Shown one piece after another: positions 25,594-40,749 of a stretch of DNA of 64,000 bases. The notes under the pieces were generated by a model. It did no database searches. It was not told the DNA's origin and was given only the letters and a program-made list of their open reading frames with translations. Positions within the stretch are counted from its first letter, which is position 1. The number at the start of each line of letters is the position of its first letter. The position numbers and the translations under genes are program-made. Source of the stretch: Raillietiella orientalis (Eukaryota); NCBI GenBank assembly GCA_036172245.1, contig JAYWIR010000005.1, positions 558,001 through 622,000 on the forward strand, read 5' to 3'.

Positions 25594-27220
25594 ATGGGCC
25601 ACCCCCGGATAGCGATTCGGATGACTTGCCGGACCCGTTCTGCGACCCTGCGAACCCCGTCCAGGTGCGCTTCCAGGATGTCAGCATCGCCGCCCTGCGT
25701 ATCAAAGACGCCATCGTGCAAACGCCCTGCATCGTAAATGAACGGCCCGTGGCGGTCTGCTGACGCTTTCCTCCTCCCCCCAGAAATCGAAGCTCTCGGA
25801 GCAGCTGAACATGGAGATCTTCTTCAAGAAGGACTTCCAGCAGTACACTGGGAGGTAGCGGAGCGGCGGGAGGGGAGAGGTTGCGGGGGCCGCGACCGAC
25901 CACCCCGGGCGGGGATTCAGTTTCAAGGAGAGGGGTGCGCGGAACACCCTGGCGCTGCTCCCCGACGAGTCCAGGAGCAAGGGAGTGGTGGCTGCGTCCG
26001 CGGGAAACCACGCCCTCGCGCTCTCGTACCACGGGCGCGAGATGAACATCCCGGTCACGGTCGTCATGCCCACCTGCGCTCCGATGATGAAGATCGGCAT
26101 GTGCCGCAACTACGGGGCTGAGGTCATCCTGCACGGGAGCAATATCGCGGAGAGCCGCACGAGAGCGCTGCATCTCGCCCGGGACAGCGGGAAGGTGTAC
26201 ATCAACGGGTGAGTGCGCGGACGGGCGGACGGGCCGGGACTTGGCGCGTCCTCTCGCCGTCTTCCTTTCCAGGTACGACCACCCCCACATTCTGGCGGGA
26301 GCGGGCACCATGGGCCTGGAGATGATCGAGCAGGTGGCCAACATCGACGCCGTCGTGGTGCCCGTGGGCGGGGCCGGGCTCATCGCGGGCATCGCCGTAG
26401 TGTTCAAGGCCCTCTGCCCCCACGTCACTATCATCGTAAGCGGGGATGGGGGTGAGAAGTCGGGCGAACCTTGGGCCCCACGGGGGAGTCAGGGGGCCGA
26501 GGCGCAAGCGTGCCCGTCCTTCAGCGAGGCCATCCGCTTCGGGAGGCCGGTCCGCGTGACCAGCCACCCCAGCCTCGCCGACGGGCTGGCGGTCCCCAAG
26601 GTCGGCTACAACGCGTTCGCCACGGCAGCGCCGCTTGTCGACCGCGTCGTGTGCATCCAGGAGCAACACATCGCCATGGCCATCCTGCGGCTCGTGGAAA
26701 ACGAGAAGGCCGTCGTGGAGGGCGCCGGAGCCGTCGGCCTGGCGGCCATCTTGAGCGGCTGCCTGGATGACCTCAAGGGCAAACGGTCGGTCCCGCCAAA
26801 AAAAACAACGGCAAACTTTCCCCTCCCCATATGTGCCGTCCAGGGTGGTGATTCCGCTCTGCGGAGGCAATATCGACACCACCGTGCTGGGCCGCTGCCT
26901 GGACCGAGGGCTCGCTGTGGACGGGAAGCTGGTCAAGTTCAAGGTCACCGTCAGCGACAGGCCAGGGGGCATCGCGGAGCTTACGCAGCTGCTCTACGAA
27001 CTTAGGGTGTCCATAAAGGACCTGTTCCACGAGAGAGCGTGGCTGAAGAACGACATCTTCTCCACCTCGGTAAGGCGCGCCCATTCCCACCCCTTCCGCT
27101 CACCCATCCCGGGGCCAGGTGAAGATCATCTGTGAGACGAGGGACTTTGAACACGCGGCGGAGCTGGAGGCGGCCCTCCGCAGTCATTACACGGACGTGC
27201 GCTTCGTGGTCCACTCGTAG
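25594..27220 (+). CDS. PLP-dependent L-threonine dehydratase/serine ammonia-lyase with C-terminal ACT domain (invertebrate TdcB-like); first exon not located
   Basis: Exons 25594-25733, 25784-25854, 25921-26208, 26273-26435, 26493-26785, 26844-27069, 27119-27220. Motifs: TGSFKERG (PLP lysine), ASAGNHA, GAGTMGLE, VPVGGAGL, ADGLAV, EGAGA, GGNID and ACT-like SDRPGGIA. AATAAA at 27365-27370. Confidence 0.94.
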
Positions 27221-29599
27221 GAAGGCCACGTCCCGCCAGCCAGGCAGGCAGCAAGCGAGCGAGTGGTCTGATTGCAGCCGCGGGCCTGCCCTTCCACTTG
27301 GGTCTTCTTCTCCGAGGGTGGGGGGAAAGAAAGAAGGAAAAAAAGAAACATGCAAAAAAATGAAAATAAATTCGTATTCTGTGGCTGTTTTTTCCTCAGG
27401 GGTGGGCTAACCACAGTGGATCGTAAGGGAAAACAAAAATTCATTGGCGTGTGTGCGTTTGTTGTTCCTCGGCCGGTTTTCGGTTGCCGAAAGAAGGAAA
27501 CTCTAGGAGCCGCTCGCCGCCCTCCTGAGGCCCCTTCCGCGCTCCTGCGTCTCCTGCACTTCGCGTCGAGTGTTGAGAGAGGCGCGGGCTGGAGGAGGCG
27601 GTTCGCAGCTTCCCGGTGGCGGAAAGTCAGCTCTTCTTCGGCGCTCGCGGGAGTCTGCGCAGCAGCAGCAGCGTTTCGTCGGTTTACGTCTGTCTGTCTC
27701 TGCCGGAGCCCCTCTACCCTTCTGTGGTGTCACGCAAGGGACTCGGAAGTGTGGTATGCGTCCCTCTCTGATGTGCTCCTCCGATCGCGCGCGTTCCCGA
27801 AGCTCCTGCGCGAGGTGCATCCCCCCCCTTCCCGGGGGGGGGGGTCCCGACGGTGGCGCGCGCGCCAAGTTCCTATCGAGACGCCTTGCACGGCGTGATG
27901 GCGTTCATGTGGGAAGCGGGGCGCCGCGAGTATAGCCGCCACGACGCGCTTGCTCGCCCTCTGGAGCCAGCCGGCGCTTACCAGTGGCGCCGCCACCGCC
28001 TCGAAGAGAAAAGCGGGGGGTCTCAGGACGTGTACACAGGTCTCGCAAAGGCACCACCGTGGTGCGTTTGACGGATATATGCGCGGTGTGAAAAAAAAAA
28101 AGAGAAAATTACCCTTTGCCATCAAAATACGAAATTTGAGCAAAAAGTTGGAACAATCTCATTTATTTGTGTATTTTACTTATATTCTGATCGGGACTAC
28201 AATGTGCAAAATGTCCTTATTCATTTTTTTATCAAATTTCTCATGAGTTTTTTATTTTTCTTATGTATGAGGTTTCTTATTTTCCGTACAATTAGGAAAC
28301 TTTTGTGGATAGAATTTTTTTTCCTTTTTTTCCATGGAAACTTACAATGGATGCATCTGCTGTGCGTTTGACGTATCTGTTCGTTTTCGCCCATTTTAAG
28401 CCACGCACCCACAGGTAGACTTTGCTGAAGGAGGGTTACTCGCTCAGCAGGTCAAAAACGTACGGCCGAAAGCAAACCGGCGACTTTCCACCCACGCCCA
28501 ACTCGATTCCGAGTTCCTGATCCCGCCCTGATCCACCAGATGCAGCTTCCGCACCGGGGGCCGAACGGCAAAAACCACCGTTCAGTCCACGCGCGCTTTC
28601 CATCCGTGCGTTTCTCTTCTGCCGGGCTTCGAGCCTTGAAAAGTCCCTTCCGGTTTTTCCCGAAATCCTTTGCTTGAGGATGGCATGAGCTCTCACTGAC
28701 GCATGCGTGTGTTCCCCTCCCCCTCCTCGAAATAATGTATGAGGTCATCATTCGTCATCGAAGCGGAGGAGGCATGCGTGCGGGCTTACCGAACCGTACG
28801 CATTTCGGTGCGGCGTACCACCTCATACAACTTTCCGAGGATTTGGCTCGCATGCGCACGAGCAGAAACATGCATGGACGTTTGGGGTGGCAGTCGCTTG
28901 ATCCCGGTGGTGGTTTTCGTTAACAGCATTCGTGGCCCCCTCTCCCCCCCACACACATACACCGCTGGGAATGAATCATTTCGGTTTCCACTGGGGAGTC
29001 TGCCCAAATGGAGAGGATGCCGGCGAGTGCAAAAAAGCACCATCTGCACTGCAGAGGGAGGAAGGCAGCGGATCCCGAATCAAGGACTCCCTTTCTTTCT
29101 TTTATTTTATTTTAAGAGCTTTTTTGCATAGGACAGGGGAGCACTGCCCACACGCTCCGTGGGAAGACGGCTGCCCACTGCGTGGCGAGACAGCGCCGGA
29201 AGCAAACGTCGACGCGTGCTCGTCCGCGTGGTTGCTGCAGCAGGAGGAAGGCCTCCTACGTGCATTTCGGGATCTGACCGGATTCACACGTTTCCTGCTT
29301 TTTCGTCCCCGCACGGTTTGCTGCAGGGGCAAAAAAAAAAAAAAAAAGGTGGACTGATGAGCGCATCGCCAACAGCACGCCGCTACAAGAATACCTGGAA
29401 CCGTGGATCAGCCCAGCACCTTCGTCTGCCGCCCCTTCCCCCCGCTAGAAGGCAGCCACATTTGCACAAAAAATCAGGAACACCGTCCTCCTTCTCCCAG
29501 CCACCTGATAAAGTGACTCCGTCGGGGATGCACGCTGTCCGATTCCGCCTGACCTCCAACTGGCAGCGATGACCGTCTTTGGGTTTCCTCGATACGATG

Positions 29600-30890
29600 A
29601 AGAGCGCGGAGAAAACGAGCCGAGAGTACTCGTCATGTTACGAGGACTGTTGATGACTGTCATCTCGCCGACCCTATGGGAAGGGGGGAGGGGGAAGGGA
29701 GGAAGGCGCCATGCTGCACGAATGCCACGCGTGCATGTGCATGTACTCTGAAAAGTGTACTCTGCCGAAGGCCCACGAGGAATACTTTCTGGAATACATT
29801 CTTCTAAATTTAAGCAGAAAGGCCGCCTCGCAGGCTTCCCGCTCGTGCAGCTGGAAATTCGGGGACTTCTGCCCCGGAACAGCTGTAAAGCGCGTAAATG
29901 AAGTTCACCTTTCCTCGACGGTGTGTTGCGCAGCCCGCGCGTTGCAGCGAAACCCGGGAAGACTTCGCTACTTGATTTGTACCGAATAGCTGTTTTTTTT
30001 TTTTTTTTTTTAATCTACCGCAGATTCCAAAAATTCAACCATGCATTTGCAACCAGCATTCCCTCCTTCCCTTCTCTCCCTCCAGAAAAGAAAAAAAAAA
30101 AAACGAGCGACGAAAAATGCTGGGAATTCGATATCTTCGATTTTCAAGAGCAGAATAATGAGGAACGGAAAGCAGCGGCAAAAGAAGAAGAAAAAGCATT
30201 GAAACGAAACAGGAATCGTGCTTCGGAAAGGAAAATCGAATCTTGTCACGTGGAAGAAGAACAGGCTGGTCCAGCCTACTACACACGACCAACGTCCCCA
30301 TCATCCGAACACCACTTGGCCGCACAAAGGACTCTTTCAGAACTGCCGACAGGCGTGGCAGAAAGACGTAAACACGCTGGAATTCACGTACTACCTACAA
30401 GGAAACAACCACATGAAGCCGGCAAAGAGGGAACGGAAGGAGGAAGAACGCGCTGCAGTCGCCGTTTCGGGGCTGAGGCGCCTCGTCAGCAAAGAATCGA
30501 GCGATTTGCTGCAACGTTGCAGCAACACGGCGTCGTGTCAAATAAAGGTCTGCAGAGCACGAGGATCCAAAGGCTGCGTCTCCTGAGACTGGAGAAACTA
30601 CCAACGACTACACCGCAGGATGATTCCTTCCCGGAGGATCATCTCAAGAGCACTGAAAGGAAAGGCAGCACGCCGAGAAGTGGCCTGGAAAATCACCAAC
30701 CGTTGGGTAGCGCAAGGACCCCCTGCTACTGAAAACAGAATGTGTTATCGTTTTAGCGTCCGCGAGCTGCTGCAACCTTCACGGATTTTTGAATTCACTT
30801 CGGAGATGACGCCCAAAGGTATGACGCCTCCTCCTCCTCTTGGGCGAAGAGAACTTCCTCTTTACTTTGAACTGAAATCGCACCTTCTGA
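29600..30890 (+). mobile_element. Degraded piggyBac (PGBD4-like) transposase remnant
   Basis: Ordered decayed segments resemble piggyBac motifs: TLWEGGR (LWKGR), EYFLEYILL (GYxxxFxxY), LRKGKSNLVTWKKNRLV (W.DKR.V), FTYYLQGNNHMK, and a Cys-rich-domain-like end near 30740-30880. Many frameshifts; TIRs not resolved. Confidence 0.4.
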
Positions 30891-32458
30891 TGCAGGCGCC
30901 GATTCAGCACCGAGTTCACTTTTCGTCCCTCGGAACCACTCGAACATTCGTATCAATCTGTGCAGATTGGGCCGTAGGTACTTAATTGGGCATGAAAGGT
31001 GACCAGTAACGGAAACATTACGTGAAAACTTTCCTTTGCGTCCAGAAACCGAAAATCCGGTGTGGAACACATCGGCTCACCTTGTCAGGTCACAGACAAT
31101 GCGGAAGAAATCAGTAATTGCATTTTTTGGGGGGGAGGTTCCTTTTACACATGCCTAGTCAGCCGGTCCCAAGAATTCTTTCCACAAAATACTATGAAGG
31201 CCACCTTCGGAACAGGTTCGTGTTGAAAACAAACGGCACACGAAAATTTTTCGTCTGACACATCATGCATTGGTCGGTTGGTACACAAAATCTTCATTTA
31301 TTGATCGCAGAAGCATTCAAGATCATCTGGATCGCAGTTCAATGATACATGAGCACACCTTACGATGGATGTAAGCTGAATGGGATGGACTTAAGCACCC
31401 AAAGATTAAGTAGTTTCCCCAAATGCTGGTGAATTCACCCCAAGTGCACAAGAACGATCGAGTTCTCCGTTCAAAAAATTGACCAAACTGCAAGAAGGGA
31501 GAAAAGGTGGACGGAATCAAGATCACACACAGAGCCACACATTAACCATTAAAGAGAACCACAGAAAGTGAAAATCAACACACACATTTCCCATCACTCT
31601 TGTGAACAAGTGAGAGACTAGGATATAGGAAACTCTGGAACAATCTTTATATCCAAAATACTCTTCCCCACTAGGGAAAAGCCAGCCACCTTGAAGAGTA
31701 GTTGCCTCCAAGCGCTGCACATTAAGGAAACATTTAAAACTGGGAAACCAGAAATGGAATCACAAAAAGAAAATGGCCACAGAATGATGTGCCAGCATGC
31801 ATTATAAAGGAATACAATAGTGAGTAAACTTATGCATAAAGAAAAAAATGCTGAAAATGACAATATTGAAAACAAACTATGGCCACAGTATTGAGAACTG
31901 GGTATGGTAAAGATGAGCTTATCAAAGAAATGAATACCAAGATTTTAATCCTGCACTCTTTGATTTTTGAACAAAAGTATGGTAGCACATCATCAAATTC
32001 CAAACACTCCAAAAGTTTTTTGATGCTTCAGTGATGCTTTTGGGCCAAGCAATCACTTGATTGTTAGAACAGCAGTTTTACTAAGTTCAATGCTTAGGTG
32101 TGTTTACTGATATCACAACATAAGATAATAACAATAAACTAATGTACACAACAAACATATTGAAAAACGAAAAATGGAAAGAAAGAAAAAAAAAACAAAA
32201 AAAATAGAGGGGGGAAGAATAAAATCCAGTACAAAGACAAAACGGTCTAAGCCCTCAAACTACACCCATTAGTTTGAAACTGGCCATATCTCGAACTTTT
32301 TATGAAAATCAATTCCTTTAATCTCATTTTACAATTATGCATTTCAATTTCAGTCACACACTGCATTTTCAACAAAAATGTTTGATGCTGCTAAACTCTT
32401 CCAGACATCACAAACATGGGAGTCATTTTACACAGATGTTTAGCACAAAACACAACAT

Positions 32459-33717
32459 TTACCCAGGACAATAAGATTTGATCAAAGGTCGAAACACCAA
32501 ATCATTGTAAACCATCACTCCTACAAGCAAAAATATGAAACCCAACATCTGTAAGTAAAAGAAATTCTGCCATCCCAGAAAAATGCTCACAGCCCAAATG
32601 ATAAGAGTCCTTATGCTACCAAGAACCATCCGAGTAGTGGCTGATAATTCTTTAGTAACTGAAACTCCAGCAAAATCAAAGAAGGCAATGCTAACAATGG
32701 TGCCAACAAATGCTAAGGACAGGGAAGGGGAGTTGGAAAGTTGAACAAAAGCATCCCAGGCATCTTCTAAAACACCTCGTGGATTGCTATAAGAAGGGCT
32801 GCTTATAGGAATGAAGTACATGAGAACCAGCAGCACGGAGAGGATACTAAAGCCAAACAATCCTTCCCAACCAACAACCTGTAGAGGTGCAACTGCATAC
32901 TTTTTGAAGCAGCACTCCTCATACACCATCTGGGATGCACTAAATATTTGTGCCATGATAATGATCAAAATTCCTGACAGATTATTGCTAGTGGATTGCG
33001 GGTTACCACTTTGATGGCTCAGATAGTCAGAAGCACCAACAAGAACTAGATCCATAAAGATCAGAAATATTCCTACCCAATGATACACCTGAAACTTGCG
33101 ATCCAGGAAGCCAACTGACATAAGTCCTGTAAAGATGATCACACATCCTGGAAAGGTACGAGATGAGATGCATAAGGGAAAAACACTCTTGCTTCCATAT
33201 ACCTCTTAGCATCTGGAATGATGATGCATAAGTCAAAGTGAGACCAGTATACATCAACGAAGTAGCAATTATATCAAAGACTGCTGGTGGCAGAAGGACT
33301 AAATAATTCATGTTACTACTATTGCTACTGCTGTCAACAATGAGCGGATCATGCTTTTTATCCATTAGTAGTTTGCCTTTGGGAACCCAGTTACTCTTAC
33401 ATCTTCTCGTTTTTTTGCTCTCCATACACATATTTGGTACAAAATTAGACAGAACAATTCTCCTAAGAACATGCCAGCTGCTTGTACAAATGGATGATGA
33501 AACTTGGTTGCAACTCCTATACTGTTGTAGGATTGCAGTTTATCAGCCCACCTGCACCACACATGACAGTGAACATACCAAGCAGCAGCAATAAATAATA
33601 TAACCCAATGCTTAAAATTCCCACTTAAATACATACTTACTTTGAACTTAATGTACTCAAAGACCCAGTTATTACTAACATAACGGCAATTCCTAGCTGA
33701 TACACTGTCCACGCCAT
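32459..33717 (-). CDS. SLC35F6: Solute carrier family 35 member F6 (nucleotide-sugar transporter-like)
   Basis: Exons 33717-33641, 33551-33401, 33353-33203, 33147-32459. Translation: MAWTVYQLG..KWAD..FHHPFVQAAGMFLGE..ASSFQMLRG..AQI..QMVYEE..VGWEGLFG..SVTKELSATTRMVL. The last codons could instead be a donor (GG|GTAAAT) to an unlocated final exon. Confidence 0.92.
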
Positions 33718-34180
33718 CCTTCCTAATTAAAAGCACACAAATTCTCTGATCTTATTGTGCCTATTTTTATTAAAGTACTGATTCACTTCCTAAAAACAAA
33801 TCACACTTTATTTGTCCTTCATGCACGAATGTCCCCATAAAAAAACAGCCACTGAAATGACCCAACAATGCTTGCAAAGTTTGTTACGGCTGTATGGTCA
33901 CAGTGATGAAAGGCAACAAGCAGTATCCTGTACTGTCATATGCAAAAACATCAGAAAATGTATTACCCTGAATAGAGATTACTAAAGAGAATTTATTAGA
34001 CACACATTATATGCACAATACATCATTGCATAATATACACAATGCTCAAAGAGATAATTTAAATAAAGGATCCAGTGATTTATGCAAAATATTTATGTAA
34101 ACCAATATCTTTAAGATCATGCATTTTTAAACAGAGCATTCTGCCATTACTGTCAGCCACTATATCTTTCCAGCACACTT

Positions 34181-35088
<908 letters not shown>

Positions 35089-36699
35089 TTAAGGGTTTTC
35101 TTTTTTTTTTTTTTCGTTTTTTTGTTTTTTTGTTTGCTTTTTTGTTTTGTGTGCGTACTGTTCCCTAAATGGATAAAGGCAAATAAAGGAACGGGGACTT
35201 TGGTTCCCGCGAGGGGGACGCGCGCCCCGACGTTCGGTGCGGAGGAAGGAGGGAAGCCCAGAGTCCAGGATTATTCCTTGGACATCCCCAGGCTGTTGCC
35301 AGGAAGAAAAAAAAAAAAAAAAAACCTTCCCGTGAAACATTTTTTCGAAAACACGTGGAAAACCTGGCCAGCAAGAGAGAGAGAAAAAAAAAAATCGACG
35401 GCTGAGGAAGCGACCGCCGCCGTCCAGCGTTTTTCCATTTGGAAAAGCGCCGTTGCAATTGACTTTCAATTGACAGCTTCTTGCAAAGCTCTTCATAGTC
35501 CCCAGTGCCATTCTTTTCTTTCGGTGTGGTTGTGAAGAGAGTTAACAAAAAAACAAAAACAAAAAAATTACATGGCTGGTGCTCAAGAGAAGACAACAAC
35601 AACAAAAAAAAACACACATGGAAACGATTTCTGTGATGAACCTTCAAAGTCCGAATTCAAGTGGAAGGTAGGTAAAGATCCAGAAAACTTTAGGTGTTCA
35701 GGATCTTCAATCTTCCTGAATTCTAATACAACCTGCTTCTTGGTTTGACATGATTTTTTGGTTCCTGCTTGACAGACGTGGTTGATATTTGATGATCACA
35801 TTGAAGTTTCAAATTAGAAAATGATTTCTTTTTCCCTTCACCCCCCGTTCCTCCACTACCATCCCATGATTTATGAGATGTTTTTTTGTGCCTTCCAAAC
35901 ACGTCTCAACGTATTGCTGCCCTCATTGAAAACACCGTAAATAACGGGAAAAAGATTACCTGGCAACGAGAAACGCATGTGTATGCATCATATTATATAC
36001 TGCCGTCTACGGAAAGCACAATGTAAAGAAATTTCATGATCATCTCTGATTTAATATCCCAAGCACTCACCGTTGTGTTACTGCGAGTAATAGATATTCA
36101 AATTAATTGTACACATTTTAATTTCTCTGTTTGAGAAACATCTTGTCCTTTATTTTCATTTGCCTTTCTCGTTACGAGCTGTACATACTGCGCCTCTTCC
36201 ACCCACCCACCAGTCTCACACATTAGCGCCGCTATTTAGGGATTTTGTGTGTGTGTGTTGTTTACATAACCAGAGTCTCGGGAGGCGGAAACGGAAAGAA
36301 CCAAAGTGCTTCCCCAGCACTTCCTCTTTAGCGAGTTTCATGTGTTGGTGCAAATACCGTGGTCAAAAAAAGACAGAGGGATTCCTAGCCTTTCGCCTCT
36401 TCGATTGTCTGTTTTTAGCTCCCCCACGTGCGCGTGAATGGAAACCACAGGATCATCGAAAGGAAATGCACTTATTAATAAACGAATGCTTCACAGCGTA
36501 AAAGAAACATGGCGGATTCCTTTCTTGTTACCCTTCAAACATGGACCTCTGCGGTCTCGGAAACAGTCGAGCTTTTTCGTTGCGTTGTTTACTTACCAAG
36601 GTGTACGTGATTTCAAGGGACAGGACTCGTCGTCATCTTCACCTTTTGCCAGGAAAAAAAGGAAAAAAAAGGCGAGAAAGCTTCCCAGTTACCTCTGGC

Positions 36700-37389
36700 A
36701 GTCGGTGCAGAAGGCGGCAGGCACTCTGTGAAGAGACTCGAGACGAACTCGGAGCCTCGCAAGCACAGCGGGCACTCCGTCCTCCGCTGCGTCAGCAACA
36801 GCGGCGCAGGCACATCGTTAAGCACCCGATGGACCCCCCCTCCTGCCCCACAGGTCGAGCCAGAGAGCCTCTCCGTTCCTAGATGCGCTCCGGCCGCACT
36901 CCTGGCCGCTTCTCCGCCCGCGTTTCCCGCTCCCGATGCATCGGGGGGCGCAGGACACGCGGGTCACACACGGCATCCCGGCCAGCGCCCCAGGAGCTGT
37001 ACTCGGAGTGGTCAAAGCCGACGCAGGAGGCGCTCAGAAGCCCACGATCGTCCAGAGCTACCAGAGGCGCCTCGGACGAACGGACAGACCTTGGAGATGC
37101 ATGCGAAAGCTTCGCGGAGGCATTGGCACCGGATCGCGTTTCTTCCACGGCGACATCTTTTAGACGTCCACCCACTTAGATGTCCCTGTGCTCCGTGGGA
37201 GCGGCCGCTCCGACGTCCTGGTCTTCATACGCACCCGATCAAGGAATGGGGGAGTCACCGACCTCCCCGTGATGTGGGGAGGAGGGGTCCAGATGCCCAG
37301 GGCGATCCTGCTCCCCCTCCACGCGTCCATGACGATCGCGTGGCCCGGATCCCCTCTCCCGGCTGACGTAGCTGAAGCGCCAGCTGGAT
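36700..37389 (+). mobile_element. Decayed LINE fragment, possibly the ORF1 end and APE-endonuclease start
   Basis: PDVLVFIRTR...WGGG...AILL near 37210-37315 resembles the N-terminal APE motifs (D.l.lQET, GVAIL). It is interrupted at ~37390 by the 3' end of an opposite-strand LINE copy. Confidence 0.35.
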
Positions 37390-39000
37390 TCTAACTCGGG
37401 TGCACCGGGGTATTTCTTCCATATAAAAAATAAACATTCACAATCTCTATGGTTGAAGCGCTGGTTCAACCACATCCATTTCAAAGGGAACCTTCCGGAT
37501 AGCCGGTACGCAGATAGGTGAGGTTAGGCACAGCAGCAGAGGGGAAGGGGCAAACAAAAAGAGGAAAAGAAACTATTTTTTTGTTTCTTTTCTTAAACAA
37601 ACTTGGGGATGAGTGGGGTACGGGATTACTGTCTGCTGGAGGTGGTCCTATGCATCCTTTGAAGGATGCCGGCAAGGTCTTTCTGGATTTTGTTGTCCAC
37701 GTAAGGCCATCTTCTTGCCATCCTCATGAAGCCGGCGGCGAAGGCATCCCTATCGCAGGGTCTTCCTCTTGCATCGCTCCCTGCAGCGACGATCCTGCGT
37801 AGGCAGCAGAGAGCTGCTAGGAATGCGGCCGCGTAGGAGGAGGGGCCTTAAAGCGTCCCTGGAGTTGCCGCCGGAGGGTTCCCAGGGCCGCGGCGAAGCG
37901 TTCCCAGAGGGACCGGAGGGCGGGCAACAGAATCCACAAGCAGGTTCGGGAGCTGGTAATCGCTCTCCCCGCACCTTCCACAGTTGGAGTCCACACTCCC
38001 CCGTGTCTAGTGATGCCGGCGGCATTGCACGGGAGGTCCCAGTGCAGCAGCAGCAGCAGCGCCGCTTCTTGCCACTTCAGTAATTGGGTCTGAAGCACTG
38101 GGCACCACTGCAGGTCTTCCTCCGCAATACCGAATAGTTCGCCCAGCGCAAAAATCTACGAGATGGGGCACTCGGGGTCGCAGCGTCCATGAGTCGGTCC
38201 GTCTTCCAGTCGCTCAGTTTTTTCCTCCTTCTGGAGTTTTCCATAGAGACTTCCCACCTAGCCGGGAGGCTGTGCTCCCTCAGGGAGGGCAGCGCTGCAG
38301 CAAGGGAGGTTGTTAATCCTGCTCACGCACTCTTCAATGGGTTTTCCAGGATCTTCCGGAGCAAGCAGTTATAGCATCTGCGTCTGTTTCTTCCCGGGAG
38401 GCGTGGAGATCTGTGCGGGCGGTGGGTGGGAAGTCTCGGCGCGTCGGCGCGCACGTCTCGGTCCGCGCGAGTGGATGCGCGGGACGCAGGTGTGCGATCG
38501 CGCGCCAAGCTGGGAAGATCTTCCTGCGGGCTCGCTCTTTCCGAAGCCACATTCGTCGCCCCTTGCAGACGTGGCTCGGAGCAATCCCGGGATGTTCCTT
38601 AACGATCAATCGCCGTCGGTGCACAAGCAACGGGGGAAACTCTAGTGGAGGTCCTTTGTGAGCTCAACGTGCAAATAGGTCGTAAGAGCTGGGTGTAGGA
38701 GCGGAAGACAGATCGAACCATCTGGTAGCTGCAGGTCTCCTCCGAAGCTTCCCTTAGGATAGCTCTGGATCAGCAAAAAAACGGAGTCTCACTTGGTAAA
38801 GCGGCCTTGGGGCCTAGGTGACCTCGACCTATTCTCACACTTGTGAGTCCCCCGCTACCGGGGACCTGCTGGGCGAGGAGGCGCACAAGGTGGCACTCGA
38901 CAACTTCGCCACGAGGGCGTGTTCAAAACTGGAGCTGCAGCTTCATTCGCCCAAGCGTCAGGAGGTCTGGACCGCTGTCCCAACGCGGGAATCGCCAGAT
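37390..39000 (-). mobile_element. Degraded L1/Tx1-like LINE copy (post-RT region to 3' end), interrupted by a 28S fragment
   Basis: LKWQEAALLLLHW and NSRDALRPL remnants (37650-38378) and segment 38844-39000 align by eye with 42473-43620. Terminal hairpin at 37394-37410. Confidence 0.85.
38625..38842 (+). pseudogene. Diverged 28S rRNA fragment
   Basis: GGAAACTCTAGTGGAGGTCC..ACGTGCAAAT..TCGTAAGAGCTGGG..TCGAACCATCTGGTAGCTG..CCGAAGCTTCCCTTAGGATAGCT..AACGGAGTCTCA..GGTAAAGCG..ACCTATTCTCA is colinear with the reverse complement of ~41430-41660, with many substitutions and a deletion. Confidence 0.9.
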
Positions 39001-40019
39001 AGAGGGCCAGCAGTGGACGCGAGCGGGTCGGGCACCCATCCGTGTTCTGGGTGCGCGCGCCATGGGAGTTCCTGGAGACTCAGATGGTACTCCTCGCTCG
39101 GATCAGACGGCGCCCAAGTCGTGTGCCCTCCCGTCCATGACCACAGAGTCCAAGGAGCCGTCCCTCCTCCTTGTCGGCACCACTGTCTCCGGGCAGCACC
39201 GTGCCGCCGCCCCGGGAGCGCAAGCAGGCGACTGCCCTTCTCCTTCTTCGCCTCGTCCGGCGGCTACTTCTCGCCTTCCGGAACCTCCTTGGCCTCAAAC
39301 CGCCAGGCATCAACCGCCGCCGCCTCGATCAGGACACGGAGGAGCGGGACAAGGGCAAAACCCCTGCGACTCGGAGAGGCTGATCGTCCTGGAGACGGCG
39401 GGCGGAGCACGGGAGTCGGGGAGCGGTTCCTTTCGTCGGGTTTGGTGCCACCGCCGAGGGGGTCCGGAGAGGAGTAGAGACTGCGGCAGCTTCCCCGCCA
39501 GCTCAGAGAAGCGGCAACTCTGTTGCTCCCACTTGGCGGCGCCTCAGGTCTGCCCCTCCTACTCTAGCAAGCAGCCCCGCCTTGCCGTTATGGAGGCACC
39601 GGGCAGTCGGCTTCCTTGACAACGGTGCCTTCCCTGTTCCAGGACCGTACGAAACTCCACCGCCTCCGGTAGGATCCAGGGCGGAGCTGGCGTTTGGTCA
39701 GGGCAAAGGGGGCGCATGTCGGCAGTCCCTAGGCAACGGAAATGTCACCACGTTGTGCCATGTCGTAAGAGAGCCGGCCCTCGCCTTCCGACCGGTTGCG
39801 CCGGGGCATACCTTTCAGGCGGCGGACGAGCAGGAGAAAAATCGGCGGCGGCAAGGGGGGACCATAGGTTAGCACGACTTCCAAAGGTGCTCGGTGGTCC
39901 AAAGGTCAAAGGTCCGCCCACCAATATGCCAGGAGGCGAACCGGAGAGATATCCACGCAGGCAAAGGAGGGTGGGAAAAGAGGGAAAAAATTAAAAATAA
40001 ACACAGGTGCGCCAGAAAA

Positions 40020-40051
40020 GGCCAGGACGAAGCCAGAGCCAACTCTGGTGG
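40020..40051 (+). pseudogene. 32-nt 28S rRNA micro-fragment
   Basis: GGCCAGGACGAAGCCAGAGccAACTCTGGTGG matches the reverse complement of 41638-41669 at 30 of 32 positions. Confidence 0.75.
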
Positions 40052-40749
40052 CGACAGCGGCGGTGGTGGTGGTCACCCCGCGAAACCTGGTCGCTAGCCG
40101 GGGGGAGGAAGCTCTGTCGAGCGGCCGGCGGACGTTTCTTCCTCCTTCCCAGTTGGCCGGCGCTCCCGGGCGCGGAGTCCCTCGTCTGGCGAAAGCGGGT
40201 GGTTTGGCAATCCTGCTCGTCCGAAACCATGCCTTTGCAAGGAGGCACCGACACTGGGATCAGGCGGCGAGGAAAGGGGGAACACATAAATAAAAAGTTC
40301 TTTCACCCCACAAAAAGGTGCGGTCACCAGGGGAATTTGCCGAACGCAAGGTGAAAGGGATGAGAGGAGGGGTCTCCCACTCTGCCTTCCTGAGGGGCAG
40401 GAGGCGCCCTTCGGGTCATACTCTGCGGCATGACCTCGCCTCCGCAGGACCAGACGGAACGCGTGGCTACCATGGAAACTGCTCCAGCACCTCCTGCGGG
40501 GTCTCCCAGTCGGGGACGGTGGCGGAGCGAAGAGCAGCCGCTGAAGAGCCACTGAGTCCTCCGGGCTGCAAGAGAAGGGACTCCTATTGCCGCAGGAGCC
40601 GTGCGCGCGTCGCCACTGCCCGAAGCGGCGGAGGACCATCGACTCGACGCAGCAGCAGCTGCGTGGCGTCTACCGGGGAACTGGTTGACCAAGCCAGGCG
40701 CAGAGGCACACCGCGCATTCTTGCAAGGTTTCAGCGTGCAGACGCTCGA

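Noticed and set aside
25594..27220. Bacterial contaminant or recent horizontal transfer (GC-rich TdcB/IlvA-like gene)
   Set aside because: Six spliceosomal introns and a poly(A) signal; the neighbouring metazoan HDAC gene has the same GC-rich style.
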